Below, piece after piece: positions 14,631-27,149 of a DNA stretch of 64,000 bases. Numbering within the stretch: position 1 is the stretch's first letter; the number at the start of each line of letters is the position of its first letter. Source of the DNA: Eledone cirrhosa (Eukaryota). The DNA is taken from NCBI GenBank assembly GCA_964016885.1, contig OZ024755.1, positions 32,302,001 through 32,366,000 of the forward strand, given 5' to 3'. Under the pieces are notes generated by a model, which was given only the letters and a program-made list of their open reading frames with translations, was not told the origin of the DNA and made no database searches. Made by a program: the position numbers and the translations under genes.

Positions 14631-14850
14631 GAAGTTATATTTAATTTGTTGGGATACAACAAGCAAATATTTTTATAACTGATATAAAGCACTCAACAAA
14701 TTTTTAAGGGTATGTCAATATTTGTTTAAACTGATCTATATTATATTTTATCTGATGAAAGCGCACCATATTTTGCTTTGGTGTCCTTGAAATATGTATA
14801 ATGAAATAAATATGGTTTTATAAATATAGTTTCCATTTATTAATATATTA
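14631..14850 (+). mobile_element. Non-inverted copy of the same hammerhead-bearing element within (TA)n
   Basis: Shares AAGTTATATTTAA.TTGTTGGG...ATAACTGATATAAA.GCACTCAACAA and AAATAAATATGGTTTTATAAATATAGTTTCCATTTATT with the 12.3-12.65 kb element. Confidence 0.6.
14744..14808 (+). ncRNA. Minimal type I hammerhead ribozyme motif, same element family as 12541
   Basis: TATTTTAT-CTGATGA-AAGCGCACCA...TGGTGTCCTT-GAAA-TATGTA-T-A-ATGAAATA; flanks homologous to the 12.3-12.65 kb element. Confidence 0.72.
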
Positions 14851-15382
14851 TATATATATGTATATATATATATATAAATTAATTAATTTGATTAAAATAA
14901 CAGGATTGCGGATTGGTAGCGTAGAGTGCTTTTCCTACTATTACATCATGGTTATCTAAACAGAATGACCAGTTGTATTCATTGGTGAACCAAAACATAA
15001 ATGTGTGTGTGTGTGAATGTATATGTGTGTATCTATATATATATAATTAAGTTAATTTATATTTATGTAACAACATCGAAACTAGTCCAATATTCCTTGT
15101 CTGGCTTTCTGGAGAATAGAGGAAAGGTGTTTCCTCAAAAACCAGTATGACTCTAAAAACCAGTTTGTCTGTGTGTTTACATACAGAATAGCTGGACACT
15201 CACAGTAAAGTAACCAGTGAAAAACTCGGTACATCTACATATGTACACGTGTGTGTATTCATATGCATACTAGTATTTCAGTATACATATGTGGATGTAC
15301 ATTTTTAACTTAATTGTTTAAGCGTCAGTCATACAAAAGTGAGTTACAAACGAAACGAAATTTAAATTCGTTTCGTTATTTG

Positions 15383-15433
<51 letters not shown>

Positions 15434-15954
15434 CCCACCACACCACAAACATGTTAAATCCCTATATATAGAACAACACACCACATACACATCAGTTTGA
15501 CAAGCGCACCTCAGCGTGAAAGGTCTTTCTAAAAACGAAACAATACCTCCTACGTTAACCAAGAACTCCTAAGACCTAACCAACAACCAACAACTTAATT
15601 TATAAAAAAAAAATTTTTTTTAAGAAAATTTTTTCTAATCCGGAAAAAAATTCTTTTTGGATTTTGTGAAGAAAATAAATTTGTTGAAAGCACAAGTGAA
15701 GCCATTTTTTTCTTCCCCCCTGTCTTAATATACCTAACTGTACCAAGGATTACACACATTTTCCAATATATATGTATATATATATATATATATAATTATT
15801 CAGGTTAGTTACTACAACTTTCTGGTACAGGTTTATCAAGCTGGTCATCAATGACCAATGTAATACCTGGTATGGCACCATTATAGTAACTGACTTTTGA
15901 ATAATTATATTCAAACTTGCCCTACAGACTTGAGTTGCTCTATACTTTGAATTA

Positions 15955-15996
<42 letters not shown>

Positions 15997-16018
15997 TACA
16001 GGCATACATACACACATA

Positions 16019-16054
<36 letters not shown>

Positions 16055-16295
16055 TGTATGTATGTATGTATGTATGTATGTATGTATGTACTTACATATA
16101 CATATATAGATATATATTTATATATATATACATACTTACACATACATACATATATATGTATGTATATATATAGACACATATATATATATGTATGTGCGAG
16201 TATCTTCCAGTAATGTTCCCTATTCCACTTTTATATTTTCCTAAAAATATGGAGGCATATATTGGTTCTTAAAAAAGAAGGTGGACAAATAAGGG

Positions 16296-16342
16296 ACATT
16301 ACCTGAAGAGCCCTGTTGTAGCAAAATTAGTAGTTGTAATGT
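16296..16342 (+). ncRNA. Decayed hammerhead ribozyme motif
   Basis: ACATTAC-CTGAAGA-GC...GC-AAAA (GAAA lost)-TTAGTAG-T-T-GTAATGT; perfect 7-bp stem I. Confidence 0.45.
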
Positions 16343-17340
16343 AATGAAACAGTATCTAGCTAATAAATAAAAAGTATTCAATGTACTCTTCATGTGTGTA
16401 TGTGTATGTATGTGTGTGCATATGTGCATGTGCTTCATTCTTGCCACATAATATGACAAATTAAAACAAAAAAACACTAAAACAAAGCAAAACGAGAAAT
16501 AGAGAGAGAGAGAGAGAGAGGGCGAAAAAATAAACACATGTGAAAATGAAACAATAAAAATACAAGTAAAACATGATGATGATGATGTGATATTAATAAT
16601 AATAATATTAATAATAATAATAATATTGGTAGTAATCAGAAGAAGAATTATAATCCACTTTTTTTTTTTTTTGATCCCTGAAAAATAGTTTTAAAAAATC
16701 TTTTTCTTTTTCTTTTTTCTGCTCTTCTTGTTATGGTTACTTTTTTTTTTTTAAATTAGCTCTTTTCCTTTAATGTATCCATTAAAACACTTGTAAATAT
16801 ATATATATATATTTTTTCTTCATTTTCTTTATCAAATTTCTGTATTGCTGTTCAATATTTAAGTTTGTTTGAAGGGCTGGGTGTAAGTACATAGGTAGGT
16901 AAGTATGTAGGTAGGTTTAAGTTTGTTTGAAGGGCTGGGTGTAAGTACATAGGTAGGTAAGTATGTAGGTAAATAGGTGTCATAGTTCTTCTGAGAGTAA
17001 TGTCTTTATTATTTATTATTTTTTTAACTTTCAATGTAGAGTAGGTGGTGGGTTATTTTACTTCATATCATTTTATTCATAATCCTCCTCTATTCAGTTG
17101 TTTCTCTTCCTTCTCCATTCAGTTGTTTCTCTTTCTCCTCCCTGATCAATACACACCACCACCACCACCTTTGTTTATTAAAAAAAAATATGTCAAATGA
17201 AAATAATGGCAACAACAGTTCCTTTTTTTTGTTTTGTCTGAGTTTGTTATTTGTTGTGCTTTCTTTCTTTCCTTCTCATTAAATTCCTATCTCTTCCATG
17301 TTCTGCGTCACTGCTATAATCATTTCCAAATGATGATGAC

Positions 17341-17387
<47 letters not shown>

Positions 17388-17389
<2 letters not shown>

Positions 17390-17823
17390 GTTTCTTATAT
17401 AGGCACAAGGCCAGCAATTTTGGGGGCGGAGAGGAAAGTCAATCAAATTGACCCCAGTGCATGACTGGTACTTTATTTTATCGACCCCCGTAAGGATGAA
17501 AGGCAAAGTTAACCTCGGCGGGACTTGAACTCAGATCACAAAGGGACGTAACTCTGTGCTGCAAAACATGGCGTCTGACCCTCTACCGATACTGCCAATC
17601 CACCGCCATATCATATAATAATAATAATAATAATAATTGTTTCTACTTTAGGCACAAGGCCACAACTACCCAGTGCATTACTGGTACTTTATTTTATCGA
17701 CCCCGTAAGGATGAAAGGCAAAGTTAACCTCGGCGAGATTTGAACTCAGATCATAAAGGGACGCAACTCTATGCTTCAAAGCATGGCGTCCGACCCTCTA
17801 CCGATACTGCCAATCCACCGCCC
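17388..17823 (-). mobile_element. Two tandem family-A SINEs with (ATT)n tails
   Basis: Copies ~17388-17608 and ~17638-17823, each preceded on + by (AAT)n. Confidence 0.82.
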
Positions 17824-18378
17824 TAATATCTAACCAATAAATAATTTCATTTATCCAATTTATCAATGATCCATTAAAATGAATGAGTGCTTGTGTATAT
17901 CTCTGTGTGTGTATACATGTGTGTGTTAGTATGTGTGTGTTAGTATGTGTGTAGGAATCTATAGACATGGTTTTATGTTCACTGGCATCAAATATTTCCT
18001 GCATTTTCCTCTTTTCTTTCTAATTAAAAAAAATATTTTTCTTTTTTTTAAAGTTTATTTCGGTTTAAAATTTCCATACCTATATTCTTCAATTATGTAT
18101 GTATATATATATATATATATACATACATATACATACATATATTATATATATATATATATACATATACATACATACATATATTTTATATATATACATTATA
18201 TATATATATACATACATATATTATATATATACATATATTATATATATATACATACATATATTTTATATATATATATATATATATTTATGTATATATATAT
18301 ATATTTATTTATGTATATATATATATGTATAGTTATATATATATATGTGCATGTGTGTGTGTATATGTATATATATGT

Positions 18379-18419
<41 letters not shown>

Positions 18420-18715
18420 GAGGGGTTCCATCTGTAACTCTAAATATTTCTCGTACCTTAATGCTACACTGTTCCTAAGTCAATTTGTCAAGTAGGTATT
18501 ATAACAGAAAAAATAAATATTAAAAATATAATTAAAAAAAAAACACTTCTTTGTGTGCCAACTTCTTTTCCAATAACAAATTTATCCTAGATTGTCACTT
18601 TCATTTTTTTTTTTAATATGGTTTCTGTTTTTTTTTTCTCATCAACTGAATTGTCTCCCTTAAACAAAAATTAAGGAGATGTTTCGATTTTATTGAAATA
18701 TATTTCTTTTACTCT

Positions 18716-18991
18716 TTAGATCCAATGTAAGCCAATGGAGATTATAAGAATAAAAATAAGAGTTAGAGATGGTGTATTTGGAGGATTTGCAATTCCTACG
18801 TAATAGCCGTGTGGGTAAATCTCTATCTGTATTACGGTGGTTGTAGTCTTCGAGCAAGGTCGTGTGGTATGTTTTGGACGTTTGTTACACAACTGTTCTG
18901 ATGGAGGCCGAAGCCAAATATGAATTCCATTGATTTGGAAATTTTTATTCAGCATACATGATGGTAAATATTTTTTATTAAGTCCAGCAAA
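18716..18991 (-). CDS. Terminal exon F: FAGLNKKYLPSCML...GIHIWLRPPSEQLC...TPSLTLIFILIISIGLHWI* (hydrophobic GPI-signal-like end)
   Basis: ttttttctttgcag|TTTGCT..., phase 0; ends at TAA 18718-18716; within supplied ORF 18716..18997; an AATAAA lies ~25 nt downstream (18694-18689). Confidence 0.88.
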   Translation of the reverse strand, partial: FAGLNKKYLPSCMLNKNFQINGIHIWLRPPSEQLCNKRPKHTTRPCSKTTTTVIQIEIYPHGYYVGIANPPNTPSLTLIFILIISIGLHWI

Positions 18992-19351
18992 CTGCAAAGA
19001 AAAAACAAATATATATATATATATATCAATATTCGATATAATCTATGCATTTAAATGATTAAAACAAACCCACTGAATAGTGACCAGCGAGAGATAACTC
19101 TCTGGTCACTATTGCTCAAATGTTATATAAAGATTACTTTTTATGATAATATATATAAGGCCAAAAACCTTAAAGGAGAGATACAGTCAATTTTATCTCC
19201 TTCCAACATTTTACTTGATAGTTGATTTAATGGATCCCAGTATTTGACTGGTATCCTATTTTATCAACCCTAGAAGGACGAACAGCAAAGTTGACGATGG
19301 CAGGATTTGAATTCAAAACATAAAAAGGTGGAGCAATTAACATAACATATT

Positions 19352-19577
19352 TTGCCAATCCACTAACAATTCTACCAATCCACTAACAATTCTGCCAACC
19401 CACTAACAATTCTACTAATTCACTAACAATTCTGCCAATCCACTAACACTTCTGCCAATCTATTAACAATTCTGCCAATCTATTAACAATTCTGCCAATC
19501 TATTAACAATTCTGCCAATTCACTAACAATTCTGCCAATTCACTAACAATTCTGCCAATCCACTAACAATTCTGCCT
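19352..19577. repeat. 20-bp minisatellite x~11 grown from the 5' head of a family-A SINE
   Basis: Unit CCAATCCACTAACAATTCTG directly continues the SINE at ~19240-19360 (cf. ACTGCCAATCCACC in intact copies). Confidence 0.85.
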
Positions 19578-20443
19578 TAGTTTTTCATCTCAGAGACAAC
19601 AGGTGGACTCTTAGAGTGACAAAGGGGACACAAAGGCAGTGGAGAAGAACCAGAGGGTGGCCAAAGACAAGATGGTATGACGAGCTGACCTGATACCATG
19701 GCTCCACATCATCATCACCGTTTTACGCCCATTATTCCACTCTAGCATGGGTTAGACGGGTTGTCTTGTTGTGCCAGGTCAGGTGATCTCGTCTTGCTCA
19801 TACGGGAACTGATTTGGCTTGATTTCTACAGCTGGATGCCCTTCCTAACACCAACTTCATTTACAGTGAGTGCTGGGTGCTTTTTTTCCGTGGCGCCTAC
19901 ACGACCAATTTACAGTGTGGGCTGGGTGCTTTTTTTGTTGTGACATCTCCACGACCACTTTGCAGTGGGAGAGGATGGGGGGGGGGGGGGGCATATTGTC
20001 TATATGGTTCAGCGTCGGATTGGTTTAATAAATCTGGTTGGCATTAGAAACCAAGCCAGAAACAGTTCTGTGTGAGCAAGATACGGTCACCGAACCCAAC
20101 TTGCCTCAAACAGGACAATCCACGTAGCCCATGCTAGCATGGAAAAATGGAGGTTAAATGATGAGGCTGATGATGATGATGATAGGAAATGTGGAGGTCA
20201 ACCATGGAGGGGTTCCTCCAATAAGAGTGAGATGGCTCTGGATATTGAATTTAGGATTTTGGATATTTAGTAAATCTTTACAAATTCTTCATTACTTAAC
20301 TTAAACAATATGGATTTCATTATAAATACTAGCAGAAGACCACCCTCTGGGCAGTTTTCTGCTTGCGTATGCAGTGTGCATATTGATATTATACACAAAT
20401 ATATATGTACATAGACATGATAGGTCAGTGTGCATATTGATAA

Positions 20444-20582
20444 GTGTTTCTACTTTAGGCACAAGGCCAGCAATTACCCAGTACATTACTGGTACTTTAT
20501 TTTATCGATCCCGTAAGGATGAAAAGGCAAAGTTAACCTCGGTGGGATTTGAACTCAGACTGTAAAGGGACATAACTATGCT
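20444..20582 (-). mobile_element. 5'-truncated family-A SINE with 17-bp TSD
   Basis: AGTGTGCATATTGATAA at 20427-20443 and 20583-20599. Confidence 0.8.
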
Positions 20583-20604
20583 AGTGTGCATATTGATAAT
20601 ATAT

Positions 20605-20955
20605 GGAGGCACATGGCTTTGTGGTTAGAGCATTGGCTTTGCAATCGAAAGGTTGTGAGTTCAATTCTCAAACCGGGTGATGTGTTGTTTCCTTGAGCAA
20701 GGCACTTTATTTCACATTGCTCCAGTTTACTCAGCTGTAGAAATGAGATGATAGGAACTGGGGTCCCTATCATTCCACTGCAAAGTGGTCATGGAGGTGC
20801 CACGGCAAAAAAGTACCCAGCACTCACTGTAAATGAGGTTGGTGTTAGGAAGGGTATCCAGCTGTAGAAATCAAGCCAAAATCAGTTCCCGTCCCACCCT
20901 TGCAAGCAGGGAAAAGCGGACGTAAAATGATGATGATGATGATGATGATGATGAC
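20605..20955 (+). mobile_element. tRNA-derived SINE family B with RTE-derived tail (close copies at 23704-24025 +, 27995-28329 -, 39600-39910 +, 44139-44480 +)
   Basis: GGAGGCACATGGCTT.GTGG (A box), GAGTTCAATTC (B box), TCCTTGAGCAAGGCACTT core, tail CCCACCCTTGCAAGCAGGGAAAAG.GGACGTAAAATGATGATG. Confidence 0.88.
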
Positions 20956-21460
20956 GCAAATATATATGCATATAGAGATAATATGTAAATTGAAAAGTAA
21001 ATTGACAATATACATATAAATTGACCAAAGACTGTGTTATACTTTCTTCTGTATATATTAAAACGAAAAAAGAGAAAATGAGATAAGCAATGGAAATATA
21101 AACATTATGATATACAAACGTTTATGATATAACAAGGGAAATAGTTACGGCGAAATGTTATGATATGAACTGTAACGCAAGTTGACAATGGAAGTGTCGA
21201 CATTTGAAAGTTTTAAGAGAAGTGAATCTTGAACTAAACAATACATTATAAACAATACATTATATATAAGATTATAAACAATACATTATATATAAGATTA
21301 TAAACAATACATTATATATAAGATTATTTATGTTTAATCAAGAACTAAGAAATTTAGTAGATAAATTACGTAATATTAATTCATGATTTATTCAAAGTAA
21401 TCTAGCATATTTTAATAACTCTGACACAGTCTCACAGTTCTCCAATCATTATCTTTCAAA

Positions 21461-21650
21461 GGGCGGTGGATTGGCAGTATCGGTAGAGGGTCGGACGCCA
21501 TGCTTTCCAGCATAGTTACGTCCCTTTACGATCTGAGTTCAAATCCCGCCGAGGTAGACTTTGCCTTTCATTCTTACGGGGTCGATAAAATAAAGTACCA
21601 GTAATGCACTCGGTAATTGCTGGCCTTGTACCTAAAGTAGAAACAATTAT
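21461..21650 (+). mobile_element. tRNA-derived SINE family A, representative full-length copy (~20 copies/fragments in window)
   Basis: GGGCGGTGGATTGGCAGTATCGG (A-box-like)...GAGTTCAAATCC (B box)...GCCTTTCATtCTTACGGGGTCGATAAAATAAAGTACCAG (Meta-domain-like, from recall)...AGAAACAATTAT. Others near 4345, 4545, 5570, 5790, 17388, 17638, 19240, 20445, 26635, 27697, 36428, 45274, 45523, 48250, 48553, 55785, 56416, 59315, 63902. Confidence 0.85.
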
Positions 21651-22629
21651 ATATTAGATGGTAATTAAAGGATTATCTTATCCTCAGCTTAAAATGTAGC
21701 GTCTATTGGATATACTTTTCTTTCTTGGCTTCTTGTCAAAATATAAACTCAGCCTAAAGAAGCGTGTGGTTTCCTATTAAATGTCCCTTATGTTCTGCCA
21801 TATCTTATCAACTTTGATGTTTTACATTTGATTTAATCAATAGTATAAGAAAGTACAAACATTTCAAAATCATGTAGCAAATAAATTGCAAGTAGGACAT
21901 AGAGACATCTTTTACCCTTGCTTGTAATATTTCAAACACAAATACTTTCTTTATAAACTAAGATTACTACTGAAAACAGAGCTATAAAGCTATGGAAAGA
22001 AATGTAGATATAGGTAATATTATTTCCTAAATCTAAAATACATGGCTTATGTATAAGATATGGTAATAAAACTAATTGAATTATCTCATTTCTCTAGCTT
22101 ATGTTTGTCTACTAAGTTTCAAAATAATGCTCATTGTGCATTAGGAACGTTGTATGATTGTAGAAACTGAATGCTTTCAAAGGGTTATTTTTTTTGAAAA
22201 GATAAATATTTGAATGCTGAAATATATATTTAAACTTTATCAAGTAATATACTGATGTAATAAGTATAAAAAATGAACTTGAAAAGATCATTTTTATTTT
22301 GCTAACATTAGCAGAAGGAAGCTGTGAATAAAATGACTCACAACTGATGTGCCCATTAGCTACAATACTAAAAAGCATCCAGCCCACACTGTAAATGTGG
22401 TTGGTGTTAGGAAGGGCTTCCATTAGTAGAAAACCAGCCAGAAACTCTCCTATATGAGCGAGACACGGTCACCTGGCTCAACTTGCCTCTAAATGGGACA
22501 AACCCATTAAACACTTGCTAGTGTGGAAGATAGAGGTTAATTGATGATGATGATTATATTTGGACATTAGCAATATTGTTGAAAAGGTTTGGCATAAGTT
22601 ACAATTGTATGAACAAGGTGCACATATAT

Positions 22630-22850
22630 ATTTACAGGGTTTGCAAGGCACTGTTGATGGTGGACTCAGGAGGGGACACCAACGCAAAAAATGGTTGGGC
22701 AATGTCAAAGAATGGACTCAAATGACAACACCAGATTTGTTGACGGTCACCGTTGATAGACTATTTTGAGTGTATGCTGCTTCTGCAGTAGCCCCCCCCC
22801 ATGACTACAGAAGCCAACGGACTGGTAGCGATGATTGTGATGGTGATGAT
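22630..22850 (+). mobile_element. Decayed RTE-type LINE 3' fragment
   Basis: LQGTVDGGLRRGHQRKKWLGNVKEWT...DR translation and degenerate (GAT)n tail. Confidence 0.65.
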
Positions 22851-22877
22851 GGTATATATATATATATATATATATAT

Positions 22878-23322
22878 CCTACCACCCACACCCCATCCAC
22901 ACCACCCCTTTCGATGTAAAGTTATGTTTGTACCACAACATCCAGGCCGAAATAAATGAGGTCGTGTAGGTGCCACGAAAAAAAAAAAACACACACAGTC
23001 CATGCTGTAATGTGGCCGTGTAGGCAACACGGTAAAAACCTCCCAGTCCACACTGTAAACGTGGTTGGTGTTAGGAATGGCATCCAGCTGTAGAAAACCC
23101 GCCAGACAGTCCACACTGTAATGTGGCCGTGTAGGTAACACGGTAAAAACCTCCCAGTTCCACACTGTAAACGTGGTTGGTGTTAGGAAGGGCATCCAGC
23201 CGTAGAAAACCCGCCAGACAGTCCTATGCGAGCAAGACAACCAATCTTGCCTCAAGTGGGAAAACTCCCGTCCAAACCCATGCAAGCGTGGAAGATGGAC
23301 GTTAAACGATGATGATGATGAT
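22878..23322 (+). mobile_element. Related VNTR-type retroposon with few, diverged units
   Basis: C-rich linker, CCCAGTCCACACTGTAA units, GGTGTTAGGAAGGGCATCCAGC, tail GGAAGATGGACGTTAAACGATGATG. Confidence 0.65.
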
Positions 23323-23504
23323 ATATATATTGGATAACCTAACGTTTGCTAACTCTTGTAATAATTATTGTCTTGCAATCATTAATAATTCAGTACTTTC
23401 GTGTCAGGGTTGAACCAACATATTTGAAGGGAAACATATGATACTAGACATATCACCATAATCTTTTCACAATAAAACATACATATATATATATATATCT
23501 AAAA

Positions 23505-23705
<201 letters not shown>

Positions 23706-24328
23706 CTTAGTGGTTAGAGCATTGGCCTTGCAATCGAAAGGTTGTGAGTTCAATTCTCAGACCGGGTGATGTGTTGTTTCCTTGAGCAAGGCACTTTATT
23801 TCACATTGCTCCAGTTTACTCAGCTGTAGAAATGAGATGATAGGGACTGGGGTCCATATCATTCCACTGCAAAGTGGTCGTGGAGGTGCCACAGCAAAAA
23901 AAGCACCCAGCACTCACTGTAAATGAGGTTGGTGTTAGGAAGGGCATCCAGCTGTAGAAATCAAGCCAGAATCAGTTCCCGTCCCACCCTTGCAAGCAGG
24001 GAAAAGTGGACGTAAAATGAAATGAAAAAATATGTGTCAATCAATTTCTAGTTGATATAAAATGCTCGGATCTATTCATTGGAATCTTGGAACATATTCT
24101 ACGGTGGATATGGCGCATGTCTCTCTGACATGACACCCTTAATTTAATTTTGGATATATATATATATATATGTACATATATATGAATAAATGTGAAACTA
24201 ATAATATTTGTAACATTTACTCCTGCATTTGTCTGTTTTTTGTTTTCTGTTCTACTGGACTATATATATATATATATATGTATATATATACAGTTGAAAA
24301 TTGCAAACTTGACTGTCACCACACATTA

Positions 24329-24367
24329 TGAACCTGAAGATTGCGAAAGCATGAAAGTACTTGTTCA
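24329..24367 (+). ncRNA. Ultra-minimal (39 nt) type I hammerhead ribozyme motif
   Basis: TGAAC-CTGAAGA-TTGC-GAAA-GCAT-GAAA-GTAC-T-T-GTTCA; 5-bp stem I, GNRA-capped stem II, palindromic AGTACT helix III. Confidence 0.65.
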
Positions 24368-24491
24368 ATTAACACTTAACATTTAATATTCTACCATACT
24401 ATTTCATTCTAATACCATTATAAATTTTAAAGGATTGTAAATAAAACGAGTAAATCAGACAAAGTTGGAATTCCTTTTATTAATATATATA

Positions 24492-24780
24492 TATATAATA
24501 TAAGATCAAAAGATGGTTAAAGGAGTTCCATGTATTTTATTATGCGCATTTCAAAAACAAACATCATCATGCAATAATATTTGTGTTTTCATCAGATAAA
24601 ACAGGAGAACATGATATGAAGGCTAAAAAACACTTGTGGATAGTGCAGTTTTAAATCAACATGTTGATATGTTGATTTAAAACTGCACTATCCACAAGTG
24701 TTTTTTAGCCTTCATATCATGTTCGCATAATAAAATACATGGAACTCCTTTAACCATCTTTTGATCTTATATTATGTATA
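24492..24780. repeat. Long inverted repeat with a one-sided 60-nt bulge holding the hammerhead core
   Basis: Outer arms ~24492-24546 / 24724-24780; inner arms 24607-24662 / 24669-24724; 24547-24606 has no partner. Confidence 0.85.
24535..24601 (-). ncRNA. Minimal type I hammerhead ribozyme motif, sense to the host pre-mRNA
   Basis: Minus strand TTTTAT-CTGATGA-long stem II (AAACACAAATATTAT/ATGATGTTTGTTTTT)-GAAA-TGCGCA-T-A-ATAAAA. Confidence 0.72.
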
Positions 24781-25167
24781 CTCCAGTCCTACAAACTGTA
24801 GAGTGCTTCTTATCCGATATCTTCATTGCTTTATTGTACTACAATAAAACTCACCTCCTACATATACATATATACGTACATATTCATGTTCATATGAAAA
24901 CAAAATAGTTAATAACATGGAAAACTAATTGGTGACATGAGGTAATCAATTGTTGCCATATTCAATAATTAGAGAATGTTATAGAAGATGGCACTTACAA
25001 TACACTTCCAAATGTGTGTTATAATCAGTAGAGTCACCTTCTATATTTAATGTTATATTACGAGGGAAATTTTGTCTGTTATAAAACAGTAGGTTCTTAA
25101 TAAGCTACGTTTGTGAGCCAGTTTTGATTTCTAGTTACAAGTTCTTGGGAAAATCAGAAATTTGCAA

Positions 25168-26046
25168 TACAGTCGATAGGCTCCTCCTAACCAAATATAC
25201 ACCCCAACCAACTACCCCTACTACATCCTCCCACTCCCACCAACACCACCCTTTCTCTGAAAAGTTATGTTGTTATCACAGAACATCCAGTCCAAGCTAA
25301 AGAGGTCGTGTAGGTGACATGACAAAAAACATCCAGTCCACACTGTAAGGTGGTCGTGTAGGAGACACAGTAAAAAGGCTCCCAGTCCACACTGTAAAGT
25401 GGTCGTGTAGGAGACACAGTAAAAAGGCTCCCAGTCCACACTGTAAAGTGGTCATGTAGGAGACACAGTAAAAAGGCTCCCAGTCCACACTGTAAAGTGG
25501 TCGTGTAGGAGACACGGTAAAAAGGCTCCCAGTCCACACTGTAAAGTGGTCATGTAGGAGACACAGTAAAAAGGCTCCCAGTCCACACTGTAAGGTGGTC
25601 GTGTAGGAGACACAGTAAAAAGGCTCCCAGTCCACACTGTAAAGTGGTCGTGTAGGAGACACAGTAAAAAGGCTCCCAGTCCACACTGTAAGGTGGTCGT
25701 GTAGGAGACACAGTAAAAAGGCTCCCAGTCCACACTGTAAAGTGGTCGTGTAGGAGACACAGTAAAAAGGCTCCCAGTCCACACTGTAAAGTGGTCATGT
25801 AGGAGACACAGTAAAAAGGCTCCCAGTCCACACTGTAAAGTGGTCGTGTAGGAGACACAGTAAAAAGGCTCCCAGTCCACACTGTAAATGTAGTTGGTGT
25901 TAGGAAGGATATCCAGCCGTAGAAAACCTGCCAGGTACAGTCCTATACGAGTGAAACATGGTCACATGATCAATCTCGCCTCAAGTGGGACAATTCCCAT
26001 CTAACCCATGCTAGTGTGGAAGATAGATGTTAAACGATGATGATGA
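25168..26046 (+). mobile_element. 5'-truncated composite VNTR retroposon (~11 units)
   Basis: Linker CAGTCGATAGGCTCCTCCTAACC...ATACACCCC, 49-bp units ~25330-25890, same (GAT)n tail. Confidence 0.75.
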
Positions 26047-26411
26047 GGAAGAGTATTCTCCCTACAAAACCCATATAAAAAAAATAATCATTATTTTTAT
26101 TGTCTCAAAATGCTGAAGTAAATAAAATATAGATTAAACGATTAACAGGGGTCAACTAGCAATCAAAGGAATGACTAAATATACTCTAGTAATCTCTTTG
26201 ATGGTGGTACTACAAAATGGCGATAGTCAATTTACTGTAATCACTAAAAGAGTGATTTAAGAATTTAAAAATAGTATTTACATTAAAGAAAGAAACACAA
26301 AAACATTCAATATTAGAAAAAACAAAAAAAAGTATTTTCTATGGAAGGTGATTTAGAGTTTGTAAACAGAATTGGTATTTCTGTAAAAAGGAAGAAAAAC
26401 ATATTACTTAC

Positions 26412-26587
26412 ATGATACAAATCTGGTTGAAGATAATACCAGTCCAGGCCAAACTTATTGTTTTTCGGTGGCCTCCCTTGGAATATCCACCCAAAGGCAC
26501 CCAATTTTCCATCAGTGTATGTGAGAAATACAGGGTATAGTTCTTCACAGTTTAAATTCTTTGAAAGGTTCATGAAATAGTGTGTTC
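26412..26587 (-). CDS. Exon E: (G)THYFMNLSKNLNCEELYPVFLTYTDGKLGAFGWIFQGRPPKNNKFGLDWYYLQPDLYH
   Basis: ttcttcttcacag|GAACACAC...TATCAT|gtaagt; 176 nt, phase 1 to 0; lies within supplied ORF 26313..26603. Confidence 0.9.
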
Positions 26588-27149
26588 CTGTGAAGAAGAA
26601 CAATTACAATTTTTTTTCATTATAAAAAATAATGGTTTCTTATATAGGCACAAGGCCTGCAATTTTATTTGGGGGAGGGGAAAGTTGATAAAATCAACCC
26701 CGAAAGGATGAAAGGCAAAGTTAACCTCGGCGGGATTTGAACTCAGATAATAAAGGGCCATAACCCTATGCTGCAAAGCATGGCATCCAACCCTCTAGAG
26801 ATACTACCAATCCACTGCCCTTATATAAGAAATAATTGTTTCTACTTTTAGCATAAGGCCAGCAATTATCCCAGTGCATTACTGGTACTTTATTTTATAG
26901 TCCCCGTAATAATTGTTTCTACTTTTGGCACAAGGCCAGCAATTACCCCAGTGCATTACTGGTACTTTATTTCATCGACAAGAAATAATGTTTGATGGAA
27001 AATACAAAATGTGATTACAAAACCAAATAATTAGCTGATTTCTAAATACCTGAAATTAAGGGTTCACTATTCATAAAGAGGAGAAAGTACTGGGATTAGA
27101 AATGACTCAGAAGATGATTTTATAATTTTGTCTTTCAATACAATATTTA

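Noticed and set aside
20605-20680. tRNA gene
   Set aside because: A/B boxes are present but there is no full cloverleaf; it is the head of a multi-copy SINE.
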